Shown here: in pieces, positions 28,172-36,623 of the stretch
Numbering within the stretch: position 1 is the first letter of the stretch
Layout of the letters: each line of letters starts with the position of its first letter
NCBI GenBank assembly: GCA_964236955.1
Contig: CAXSGP010000024.1
Span: 13,885-51,323, forward strand
Reading direction: 5' to 3'
Length of the DNA: 37,439 bases
DNA from: an uncultured Oligoflexus sp.
Lineage (GTDB): Bacteria; Bdellovibrionota_B; Oligoflexia; Oligoflexales; Oligoflexaceae
Translations under genes and position numbers: made by a program
The notes under the pieces: model-generated
Databases searched by the model: none
What the model was told of the DNA's origin: nothing
Seen by the model: the letters and a program-made list of their open reading frames with translations, nothing else

Positions 28172-30457
28172 TTAGAGTTTGTCATCTAAGCCGAAAAAGT
28201 TGCTCGTGGCTAGCGTAAAGAGGGGTCCCGCATCCTGCGTGCCATTTTCCAAGGAGAGAATTTCCACTCGTATCCATCGGCTTGTGGGTTTGAGATGAAG
28301 ACTCACTGAGACTTTACTCTCAAACGATTCCCCTAATTCGACGTGCTCTTCACTGAGTCTCTCATCCTGATCATAGACCCGGGCGACGACACTTCGCCTT
28401 TGGAGGTCGGACCGGCGAATGCCAAGCTGCATTTTGGTATCTGTACTGATCACTTCCGGCACAATAAGTTCGGTCCGATAGCCCAAGGTATAATGGCCTT
28501 GCAACAAATCCTCCAAAGCCATTGCGCTATCAATTTTGCCAACACGCTTGAAACGCGGCAGATAAATGCCAGGCACTTGGGAACCAAAAAGTGAGCCACT
28601 AAAGGAGGCGGCGGCCAATCGGACTGCTTTGTTTTGTTTTTGCTGCAATCGGTTGGCGATTTGCAGGAGATCCTGAGCCTGCTCGGGCTGCTGGCAACCG
28701 AAAATTTCCAGGACATCCGGTTTCAGGCTTTGGGCGATCCAATTGTATTCGGCAAGTTGAAAGCCGGGCGGCGGACAGTCGAGGACAAGGCTGGCGATGG
28801 CATCGCGGCTTCTGATGAATTCACTGAAATGAGGGAGAGTGCTGCGATCTGGCTTTTCAGAGAGGTAGGCGTTCCAGGCTTTTATGGTTTCCGGCGTTAC
28901 GGGAAAGGCCCGCATCGAAAGGCCCAGTTCGGAGTCATAAGCGGCAAGCATAGGGATATCGACTCGTTTTGGGTCCTTGTTCCCGCTGCTGTCGCTGTTC
29001 GTGATCACGCGGATTCCAGAGGCTTCGATTTGTTCATCACGAATCGTACTGCGATCGGCGCTGATGCTTGCGCGCGCCGAATAATGAGAACTTTCGCTTA
29101 GAGTGCTGCACGCGAGGGCGCTCTTACGACCTTCCAGGATGGTGATTTTTTGATCACAAAAGACCTGATATCCGTTGTAAGCGAGCACGTGATAATCGCC
29201 AGCCGGCAATGCCAGAGTCATAGGCCAGTGGGATTCCAGCAGGGTATTGGGGCTCAATAATATCTGGTCGCTCTCGCTGACCCAGGCATGGAGGCTCGGG
29301 CCATTGTTCAGAGCTGCATTTTTGATTTCTATAAAGCTAGGTTCGCCCGGTGTCAGGTTAAGGACCAGTGAGCCTTTCTTCATGGGCGGCAGGCTTACGG
29401 CGGGCGGGGATTTATTCAAGAGTGGAATCTTTGCGAGAACCCCGGTGGCGTCCGTATAAAGAAGATCCAGACGTTCCTTGCCCGTAACGGGAACATCGAG
29501 GGTCTCGCCTTCCCGGATCGGTATGAGGCTGCGGAAGGATCCTTGTTTAGTGTAGATCATTGCAGCCTGCCAGAGCGTGGATTCACCCGCCTTGGATGCG
29601 GGTGCGGTGAGATTCCAAACGCGGGTATTGGTGAGTGTGGATTTGCAGGTTTTCTGCGCTGGGTAACAGGCCGAGAGGGTTTGAACGAGTTCGGCTTGCT
29701 TGAGCAATGCGTCGCGGGCCAAAAGGATTTTAAAGCCAGGGCTGCCGGCGGGCGCGTCAAGATAATTGAAGCTGTCGTCCTGCCGGAAACTAAAGGCCTG
29801 ATCTCCAACTACGGACATGGCGTGCGGCAGGAGGCTGCTGGTGAGCCCGGCGACGAGCGAACCCTTATAGGGGATAGTATGATCTTCGGTGAGTCCACGG
29901 CCTATTCGTAGGGTCCATGGCAGCTTATTGCTTGAGTTTATCAATTTGGCATCAATCCGGGCCTGATCGGGAAGGATGTTCAGGACGAGTTGAGTATCCG
30001 CGGCAGTCCCGGCGGGCTCTTTGAAGAATGCGTGAACGGTGATGATGCCCGCGTCCTGAACAATGTCTTGACCGACGAGCTGGAGAGGCTCGTTGCTTTT
30101 GCCGCTAATTTTAATCTCAAGGTTGGGTAGGGACGGGATTGCTATCCAGTCTTTGCCTTGCCGTCGGTAGACTTTGCTCACTAAGGGAAAGTAGCTTTGG
30201 CCTGCACTTAAAGGCGGGGCTGCAGGGAGGAGAACCTGGGTGTCGCTGTTTGCCAGTAACAGTTGCCCGACGTGACGTTTGAGGTGAGGCCATTGTTTAG
30301 CCTCGGTATCCTTGACAAGGGTGGCGCTGGTATTTAATTCCTTGGATCCCGGTTTTTCCAGAGGGATTGCAGCGATTGATTTTGGAACGGCAGGTGTGGA
30401 ACACGACTCTTGAAAGGCACAGCTTAAGAGGACAATTCTCAAAGTTTTGCGTAGCAC
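28172..30457 (-). CDS. Large exported/lipoprotein hypothetical; C-terminal region resembles a degenerate CehA/McbA (PHP-like) metallohydrolase
   Basis: 761-aa ORF with an N-terminal hydrophobic stretch containing Cys. Motifs 'LPAGDYHV', 'DVLEIF', 'LEDLLQGH', 'RWIRVEI', 'LATSNF'. Confidence 0.5.
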   Translation of the reverse strand: MLRKTLRIVLLSCAFQESCSTPAVPKSIAAIPLEKPGSKELNTSATLVKDTEAKQWPHLKRHVGQLLLANSDTQVLLPAAPPLSAGQSYFPLVSKVYRRQGKDWIAIPSLPNLEIKISGKSNEPLQLVGQDIVQDAGIITVHAFFKEPAGTAADTQLVLNILPDQARIDAKLINSSNKLPWTLRIGRGLTEDHTIPYKGSLVAGLTSSLLPHAMSVVGDQAFSFRQDDSFNYLDAPAGSPGFKILLARDALLKQAELVQTLSACYPAQKTCKSTLTNTRVWNLTAPASKAGESTLWQAAMIYTKQGSFRSLIPIREGETLDVPVTGKERLDLLYTDATGVLAKIPLLNKSPPAVSLPPMKKGSLVLNLTPGEPSFIEIKNAALNNGPSLHAWVSESDQILLSPNTLLESHWPMTLALPAGDYHVLAYNGYQVFCDQKITILEGRKSALACSTLSESSHYSARASISADRSTIRDEQIEASGIRVITNSDSSGNKDPKRVDIPMLAAYDSELGLSMRAFPVTPETIKAWNAYLSEKPDRSTLPHFSEFIRSRDAIASLVLDCPPPGFQLAEYNWIAQSLKPDVLEIFGCQQPEQAQDLLQIANRLQQKQNKAVRLAAASFSGSLFGSQVPGIYLPRFKRVGKIDSAMALEDLLQGHYTLGYRTELIVPEVISTDTKMQLGIRRSDLQRRSVVARVYDQDERLSEEHVELGESFESKVSVSLHLKPTSRWIRVEILSLENGTQDAGPLFTLATSNFFGLDDKL

Positions 30458-30585
30458 TTATTATCTGCCTGTTATAGTGTCGTTGTTTTGCTTGACATTT
30501 CCCGCTGATTTTGCAATATTTTCTAGTCTTTATGTCGTCCGACATTTGAACTTCCGCATGAATCAGTATAAAGGGGCCCTTGCTC

Positions 30586-30822
30586 ATGACGCAAGAAATC
30601 GAGAAGGAATTTCAGTCCAACAAGATCAAGCGTCTGCCTCCCTCTGTTGTGAAAGATATAGAACTTAAGAATCATGCACGCCGCTTGGCCAATCTTTCCG
30701 CGATAAAAATCAAGGTGCGTACCTGTATATCATGTCGTGCGATGTTTGAATCGGCTGGCAATCGAACCTGTGGGTGCAATACGCGGAGTACGGGATACAT
30801 AGCAGGGCGCGAGATTATATAG
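30586..30822 (+). CDS. Small basic Zn-ribbon-like protein (78 aa)
   Basis: 'RTCISCRAMFESAGNRTCGC' (CxxC-x11-CxC). Purine-rich AAGGGG upstream and TTGACA at 30492. Confidence 0.65.
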   Translation: MTQEIEKEFQSNKIKRLPPSVVKDIELKNHARRLANLSAIKIKVRTCISCRAMFESAGNRTCGCNTRSTGYIAGREII

Positions 30823-30937
30823 GCGTTTAAAAAAAGTCCTCCCCAACACAGCAACTAGGGTCCATCTTACTGAAATGTAAGTTGGACTTTATCGTTTTTA
30901 TGCCGATATCAAAAATTGCTAATAGAAGGAGTGCCAA

Positions 30938-31288
30938 GTGGGTGTTCGGTGGAATCGTGAACCCTATACCGTGACCTACTATAAGGATGGGGAAAAGCAG
31001 ACGATTCGACGGCGGCCGCCGCCGAAGCTTCATGAGGCTTTGCCCGATGATACGGTGACTCTTACCCGTGGTAGGAATGATGATTTCAAAGAAGGCGAGA
31101 GTTTCACGGTAAAAACCATACAGCAGCGAAGTCCCAATGTCCTGCAGTTGGTTAATGAAGAAGGCCTTACGACCTTTGTTGATTACCGCGACATAAAACT
31201 AGACCTAGACCCAGCCGAGAGGCTACCGCCTGGAGTGAAAAGCAAATTGGACTTACCGATAAATAATAAGTATCTGCTATGGCCCTAG
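30938..31288 (+). CDS. Hypothetical protein (116 aa), possible SH3/KOW-like beta domain
   Basis: GTG start with AAGGAG RBS. Beta-rich 'PDDTVTL...GESFTVKTI...VLQLVNEEGLTTFV'. Confidence 0.7.
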   Translation: MGVRWNREPYTVTYYKDGEKQTIRRRPPPKLHEALPDDTVTLTRGRNDDFKEGESFTVKTIQQRSPNVLQLVNEEGLTTFVDYRDIKLDLDPAERLPPGVKSKLDLPINNKYLLWP

Positions 31289-31382
31289 AGGAGCGATGGA
31301 ATGAGTGCTTGATTGCAGGCCATTGTATGATGTACCGCCACGGGCCTAAAAGCAATCACTAACACCACTGGGCCCACAGCCC

Positions 31383-32966
31383 TTAGGAACAGGCTCCATT
31401 GCTGGGCTCTGGATCCGTTCCCTTCTCAAATCCAGTTAAAAAGAATTCCAACGTCGCCCAGCCCATGAAGCTGCCATCTTTTGCTGATGCAAGAGCTCGA
31501 ATAAAATGCTGTCCGTTGTGGTTCGGCCCCTCGTCATAAAAATTAATGTCGATTGTTTTATTGGCTACCGAACGGAGGTTGATCGTTTGCTGCGTTGTCC
31601 AGATTGTTTTACCCGATAAACAACGTTCCAACTTTTGAATCTCGACTTTTGCTGTGCCTTTTATAAAATTGAGGAGGACAGGGATATTGCTGCCGGCCGG
31701 GAATTCCTTAATGCCGGCAGGTAGCGTCGCGGTGAGGTCGCCATTGGCATTCAAGGGGTCTTTCATCAGACTGCCAAAGATAGAGGGGTCATAGTCGGGA
31801 ATATCGCCGAACTGGAAATGGGTGTGAAGGGAAGGGTCTGCAAATTTCACGCCGGTGCCAAGCGCCGAACAACTTTCGGCTGTTACATCGGTGTTGTCCT
31901 TGGCCAGGACCTGGCAGAGTCCCTGAACAATTTTTCCAAGTTCTTTCAATTGCATTTTTGTATACCAGTTCGGATTGATCTGAGTGCGCTCGCTGTCTAT
32001 ATAGCGACCTGAATTTCCGACCAGCATAATCACGATTGCATCAGTTATATCCTCTACCTGACCAAGTTCGTTGAGATGTTTGACGGGAACCGCATGCTGA
32101 AGAATTTTAATTGGTCGGGGAATGATGCTTTGATCCGGTGCAATTACATAATGCGCCTGCAGTGGAGCCGGGTTGGTCGGATCCAGGTGGGCCGCCAGGC
32201 AGTTCGATAGGCTAAAGGGGCAATGGGTCACCAGAATGCGGCGGGGCCGATTCTGAATCGTGATTTCGTTATAATAGCTGAGCTGCAGGTAATCGACCGA
32301 ATATAGCTCGCTCGTGCTCGTGTCAAGCTGAAGATTGGCCTGAATCGGTGCCGAAAAACTGGCGATTTCAAGTGCGGGGTTGCGAGCCTTGAGTTCAAGG
32401 TGCTCTTCACTTAAAGGGTCCTGCCAGATAAAGCCGTTGTTGAGGATCTTGATCAATTCCATGGCAAAAATAATCTGAAGGTTTTTCGGTGCGGACGTGT
32501 CGGGATAATGCATGCGGGCCAACTGCCAAACCCAATCATAGACATCATCAGGATTGGCAAGGGATTGCGAAAGGTCGAGATGAGTCTCATCGAGAAGCTT
32601 TCGCACCCAAGCCCCATAGGCTGCAATCTGTACGGGTAGAGTATTGCTCTCGGCGCTATCATCGAGCCCAAGCGTCGCCCTTGAAAGGCCAACAGCCGTT
32701 TCCCCTGTCTGAGGCCCAAGACTGGCATTCGCAGGTCCATAGAGATTGCGACTGGCAAGTGGCGAAAGGCCGGATTCCTTATAGACGACCGCGGCCAGAA
32801 TTTCGAGAGGGATCTGATCAGTCTGGGCGGTGCTGTTTAAGCTCGCCTGTATGGGCGGCAAAACAAAAGCGTCAGGAGTTTTTTTATTGTCGTTGCTACA
32901 GCTACTGACAGGGAACAGGAGACTGACGGCCAGCCCCCAGGCATAGATCGGTTTTGGCTTCTTCAT
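31383..32966 (-). CDS. Lipoprotein with lysozyme/SLT-like N-domain and degenerate Amidase_2 (PGRP/AmpD-like) domain
   Basis: Lipobox 'VSSC' and AAGGAG RBS. SLT-like 'IPLEILAAVVYKES'. Amidase-like 'RRILVTH', 'AHYVI', 'AIVIMLVG', 'YTKMQLKELGKIV'. Confidence 0.65.
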   Translation of the reverse strand: MKKPKPIYAWGLAVSLLFPVSSCSNDNKKTPDAFVLPPIQASLNSTAQTDQIPLEILAAVVYKESGLSPLASRNLYGPANASLGPQTGETAVGLSRATLGLDDSAESNTLPVQIAAYGAWVRKLLDETHLDLSQSLANPDDVYDWVWQLARMHYPDTSAPKNLQIIFAMELIKILNNGFIWQDPLSEEHLELKARNPALEIASFSAPIQANLQLDTSTSELYSVDYLQLSYYNEITIQNRPRRILVTHCPFSLSNCLAAHLDPTNPAPLQAHYVIAPDQSIIPRPIKILQHAVPVKHLNELGQVEDITDAIVIMLVGNSGRYIDSERTQINPNWYTKMQLKELGKIVQGLCQVLAKDNTDVTAESCSALGTGVKFADPSLHTHFQFGDIPDYDPSIFGSLMKDPLNANGDLTATLPAGIKEFPAGSNIPVLLNFIKGTAKVEIQKLERCLSGKTIWTTQQTINLRSVANKTIDINFYDEGPNHNGQHFIRALASAKDGSFMGWATLEFFLTGFEKGTDPEPSNGACS

Positions 32967-33053
32967 GGGCTGTCTCCTTGGCGCTTTTCTCTATTATAGC
33001 GCATGTCCGGAGGGTGGGTATTCTCTGCCCAATGAAAATAAGACTTGCCTAAT

Positions 33054-33072
33054 GATAGTGAAAACTATTATC
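33054..33072. promoter_or_regulatory. Fur-family operator (Fur box)
   Basis: GATAGTGAAAACTATTATC matches GATAATGATAATCATTATC at 15/19. It lies between TTGCCT (33045-33050) and the overlapping TATTAT/TATCAG -10-like hexamers. Confidence 0.75.
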
Positions 33073-33077
33073 AGTTA

Positions 33078-33214
33078 TGGGAAGGCTTTGACGCTCCCCT
33101 TAAAACGTCTGCTTTAAGTGGCTTGAAGACTGCTCTTTAGAACGCAAACGACTGACGTACGGTCTTATACTTAGGCCCTGGAAACTCCTTCAAATGCGAA
33201 GGGGTTTTCTTTTT
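33078..33214 (+). ncRNA. Candidate Fur-repressed small RNA (~135 nt)
   Basis: Promoter with Fur box upstream, no ORF longer than a few codons from the only early ATG, two internal hairpins, and a plus-strand terminator although both flanking genes are on the minus strand. The 5' end is estimated. Confidence 0.6.
33181..33214 (+). terminator. Plus-strand intrinsic terminator
   Basis: GAAACTCCTTC-aaatgc-GAAGGGGTTTT followed by CTTTTT. The G-U pairs and U tract work on the plus strand. Confidence 0.8.
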
Positions 33215-33282
33215 ATCAATTCCTAAAAGTTTATCTTTGACGGGAATCCGGGCCAAGGTAGCCTAGGGGAAATAGTCAGTTC

Positions 33283-34179
33283 TCATTGATTATTTACCGA
33301 ATTCGATTTCGCGATCGCTCCTAAGCGCCCCATGAAAAAACTATTGCCCTGGACGGCTTCGATTTTTTCCAGACGTTTTCGTTCCGCTCCATCCATTGGA
33401 TCTTTTGCCGACCAGTCTTCAAGCATCGCCTTGTTTTCGGCATTGATAAAATGAAACTGAGGATAACGAGCGTCCATGTAGAAATATATGCGGGCGATGT
33501 CGCCGCGAATTGCGGGCCTCGGTTCGGTAAGATTCCCGAAACTTTCAAAGTCGCATTTTCCAAACTCCCTCGGTTCACCTGGGATTTCACCGTAACGGTG
33601 GTCGCCTCGCGCCCGATTTAATTCGCCGACTGCTGGCACTAAATTATACATGTCCGACTCGATTTGTCGAAAAGCCGGTGAAGCACGCCGGGCACAGTCC
33701 CTGCCTTTTTTATTGCGACCCGTGCAGATCGGATCGCCTTTTCGCCACGCTTCAAACTGTCTTCCAAAGAAACTGGCGGGTACGACATGTTCCCATTCGA
33801 TGCGTTTGGCTCTGGGGGACTTCGATACCAAGCCGCACGAGCTGGGATCAACCTGCGGCGTTTTTAAAAATTCATAGGAACAGTCGCAATAGAATTCGCG
33901 ACCTCGGCCAAATAATTTTCTTAACTGAACTTTCGCTGCATCGAAATCATGAATGCGGGTCGACGGAACGGGAGGACCTTCCCCTGCTGGCGTATCCTGC
34001 GCGTCATAAGGCTTTGCTGGAATTTTGCCGGAGTCCGATTCAGGCGCAGGCTGGTGATGCCCCTGGGCTTTTTTTTCACTGCTGATGGAAACCTGTGGCC
34101 ATTGGCGTAGTATCAGCACCAACGCGATCGCCAGCAGTGAAAGCCAAAGGCCTCGATTATTTCGCTTTTTTTTCCGCAT
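33283..34179 (-). CDS. Endonuclease I family (EndA/Dns/Vvn) secreted nuclease
   Basis: 'FYCDC', 'RIEWEHVVPA', 'ESDMYNLVPAVGELNRARG', 'EPRPAIRGDIARIYFYM', 'W...DP...E..R...I..VQGN'. N-terminal membrane anchor. Confidence 0.93.
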   Translation of the reverse strand: MRKKKRNNRGLWLSLLAIALVLILRQWPQVSISSEKKAQGHHQPAPESDSGKIPAKPYDAQDTPAGEGPPVPSTRIHDFDAAKVQLRKLFGRGREFYCDCSYEFLKTPQVDPSSCGLVSKSPRAKRIEWEHVVPASFFGRQFEAWRKGDPICTGRNKKGRDCARRASPAFRQIESDMYNLVPAVGELNRARGDHRYGEIPGEPREFGKCDFESFGNLTEPRPAIRGDIARIYFYMDARYPQFHFINAENKAMLEDWSAKDPMDGAERKRLEKIEAVQGNSFFMGRLGAIAKSNSVNNQ

Positions 34180-34491
34180 AAAATATCCCTTCGCACTGTT
34201 TTAGAGTCCGGAGTCTACTTTACCGATATTGCTTTGTAAAAAGACATCGAGGTTTAACCCTTTCTTTAAATGGACATATTCTAGGCAGTGCCCAAATGAC
34301 TTTAGCGCCTATTGATAGGATGATTGCGCTGGGAATTCAGGCTAATTTAAAGGATAAATCTGAATTCCGTAAAAAAATTGCAGGCAGGTGTCAAAATTTA
34401 ATTGCATTTCTTGACGGCAAATGTGACTTTTCTTGGGGAGTATCATCCACAACATAGTGCTTGCCGCCCCACTGTGAGGAAGCTCAAGTTA

Positions 34492-35223
34492 ATGGATATC
34501 GAAACTATAAATCTACGTTTGCCTCCTGAGCCATTTATGAAAAGTTCTAAGAGTCTTCGTTTTCTCGACGAATATTTCGTTTGGATCGCAGTAGCCCTGT
34601 CGCTTGTGGCTCACTTCGGTACTTTGCTGATTTTGCAGCGGGATACTATCGCTGTGCCGCAGGTTCTTGCTAAAAAGACGGTGGCGAAAGTGCGGATCTT
34701 TGCCAATCCCAATGGCAATCCAAACCTTGCGGTTAAGGCGGTTGAGATTGCGAAACCAAAACCTCTCGTCAAGCCCAAACCCAAGCCTGACCACAAGGTT
34801 ATCAACACAAGTGTTGATAAGGATCCACCGAAGGAGGCAGCACCTCAGGAAAATGCTGGACCTCAAAGCTTTGGCGACGATACGACGGGAGGAGTAGTTG
34901 GCACAGGCTTTAGCTCCGACGAGGGTGCTGGCGCTGCCGGTGAAAGTTCGAATATCAAGCCGCTTGACCGCGTTGAGCCCGCCTTTCCCAAAGAAGCCTC
35001 AATCAAAGGAATAGAGGGATTCGTTCTCGTGCGCTTTGACGTCAACGAAGAAGGTCGTCCGGAAAACATTAGCGTAGTGGAGGCCGATCCACGCAATATG
35101 TTTGAAAAAGAAGCCAAAAACGCAGTTAGGAAATGGCACTATAAACCGCGGCTGGTGAGTGGCGTTCCAACGAAAGTTATCGGTCAGGAAATCCGATTTG
35201 ACTTTAAATTGCCTCCTGGTTGA
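34492..35223 (+). CDS. tonB: Energy transducer TonB family protein
   Basis: TM helix with 'SLVAH' (SxxxH), Lys-Pro repeats, TonB_C 'P.FP..A...GIEGFVLVRFDV...G...A..AVRKWHYKP'. Start may be 34492 or 34537. Confidence 0.88.
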   Translation: MDIETINLRLPPEPFMKSSKSLRFLDEYFVWIAVALSLVAHFGTLLILQRDTIAVPQVLAKKTVAKVRIFANPNGNPNLAVKAVEIAKPKPLVKPKPKPDHKVINTSVDKDPPKEAAPQENAGPQSFGDDTTGGVVGTGFSSDEGAGAAGESSNIKPLDRVEPAFPKEASIKGIEGFVLVRFDVNEEGRPENISVVEADPRNMFEKEAKNAVRKWHYKPRLVSGVPTKVIGQEIRFDFKLPPG

Positions 35224-35306
35224 ATTAGCTATGATGGCGACAGAGTCGTCATCGTGACTCTTATATTTTCTCACTCATTTATTACGGACGAAAGGAACGA
35301 GGTTCC

Positions 35307-35972
35307 ATGGGCACTCACGAACACGGTTTCAATATTGTTACAGAACTTTTGAATATGACATTGTTAGGGACAGAGTGGATTCTCTGGCTTCTGATAGTTC
35401 TGAGTGTCGTTTCCGTGGCGATTGGTTTTGAACGCCTTTGGTACTTTACCCGCCAAAGAGGTCTCGACAAAGAAACGATCGAGCAAATTTATCGGGCCTT
35501 AAAAGCCAAAGACTTCAAAGCGGTTGCTGATATCTGCAACCAACATCCCATGAGCCTTGAAGCCAGCATCACACTCGAGGGCATCGAGCACCGAGACAAT
35601 GGACTTAGTTCCATGCAAGAAGCGATGCATGCATTCCTGCTACGTAAACGTAAATATCTGGACCGCGGCCTTGTGGTTTTATCAACCTTGGGCAATAACG
35701 CGCCCTTTATCGGTCTTTTCGGAACTGTTCTTGGTATTATTAAAGCGTTCCACGACTTGGGCTCCAACCCAGGCGGCGGCGCGACAGTGGTAATGGCTGG
35801 TATTTCAGAAGCTCTCGTTGCAACGGCTGTTGGTCTCCTCGTGGCTATCCCTGCTGTTATCGCCTTCAACTACTTCCAACGTCAGATCAAAGTTTTAACA
35901 ACGGATTGCCAGGCGATGGTTAACACGCTTGCCGCCGGTGTCGGCGAAGACTTTCGCTCAGTACAATCTTAA
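35307..35972 (+). CDS. exbB: MotA/TolQ/ExbB proton channel protein
   Basis: 'LSTLGNNAPFIGLFGTVLGII.AF', 'GISEALVATAVGLLVAIPA..FN'. Confidence 0.9.
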   Translation: MGTHEHGFNIVTELLNMTLLGTEWILWLLIVLSVVSVAIGFERLWYFTRQRGLDKETIEQIYRALKAKDFKAVADICNQHPMSLEASITLEGIEHRDNGLSSMQEAMHAFLLRKRKYLDRGLVVLSTLGNNAPFIGLFGTVLGIIKAFHDLGSNPGGGATVVMAGISEALVATAVGLLVAIPAVIAFNYFQRQIKVLTTDCQAMVNTLAAGVGEDFRSVQS

Positions 35973-35994
35973 GTCGTTTCGAGGAGATTTAGCG

Positions 35995-36438
35995 ATGGCT
36001 GGTGGTGGTGGATATTCAGATAATGACGACGAAGGTATCTCGGGTATAAACGTTACCCCTCTCGTCGATATTATGCTCGTACTTTTGATAATTTTTATGG
36101 TGACCGCGACATTCATCGCCAATAAAGCGCTGGATCTCAAATTGCCTGAAGCCGACTCGGCTCAACCGGTTAATCCCAACGATAAACCGATGAACTTTGC
36201 ACTGGATAAAGAAGGTAAGCTTTACCTTGAAGGTAAAGTCATTACTCTTGATGAAGTCGCAGGCAAAATTGCGGAGGAAAAGACCAAAAAGCCCGGAACT
36301 GCGCTTTCTGCGACTATCAGTGCTGATGCAACAACCCCCTATGCGCTGGTCATCAAGATCATCGATGTGATCCGGAAGAATGAAATCCAGGATTTCGCTC
36401 TTACTACTGATCCAACGACAAGTCCTCCTACTCCCTAA
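35995..36438 (+). CDS. exbD: ExbD/TolR biopolymer transport protein
   Basis: 'INVTPLVDIMLVLLIIFMVTA', 'ISAD..TPY..V..IID'. ATG 35995 follows GAGGAG. Confidence 0.92.
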   Translation: MAGGGGYSDNDDEGISGINVTPLVDIMLVLLIIFMVTATFIANKALDLKLPEADSAQPVNPNDKPMNFALDKEGKLYLEGKVITLDEVAGKIAEEKTKKPGTALSATISADATTPYALVIKIIDVIRKNEIQDFALTTDPTTSPPTP

Positions 36439-36454
36439 TTATGGGTGATACGGT

Positions 36455-36491
36455 AAAGCTCTGTTCTCCACTTGGAGCACAGGGCTTTTTT
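36455..36491 (+). terminator. Intrinsic terminator after exbD
   Basis: AAAGCTCTGT.CTCCA / TGGAG.ACAGGGCTTT stem followed by a T run. Confidence 0.75.
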
Positions 36492-36623
36492 GTATCGGAC
36501 GGGTCGAGATTCTTACCGAAGGAATCAAATTCAAAGTCTGCTCAATCAAAGGCAGAGCCCAGGCAATAGCATACGTCCTACACTGGATCGCCTCGGGTAC
36601 TCAGGAACGAGCTTTCACCTGGC

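Noticed and set aside
33077..33091. Micro-ORF MGRL inside the candidate sRNA
   Set aside because: It has four codons and no RBS, and it sits at the predicted transcription start.
34380..34490. Fur box in front of tonB
   Set aside because: No convincing GATAAT-type array. Only a weak GTCAA...TTGAC dyad is present, so iron regulation of this tonB-exbBD is not supported.
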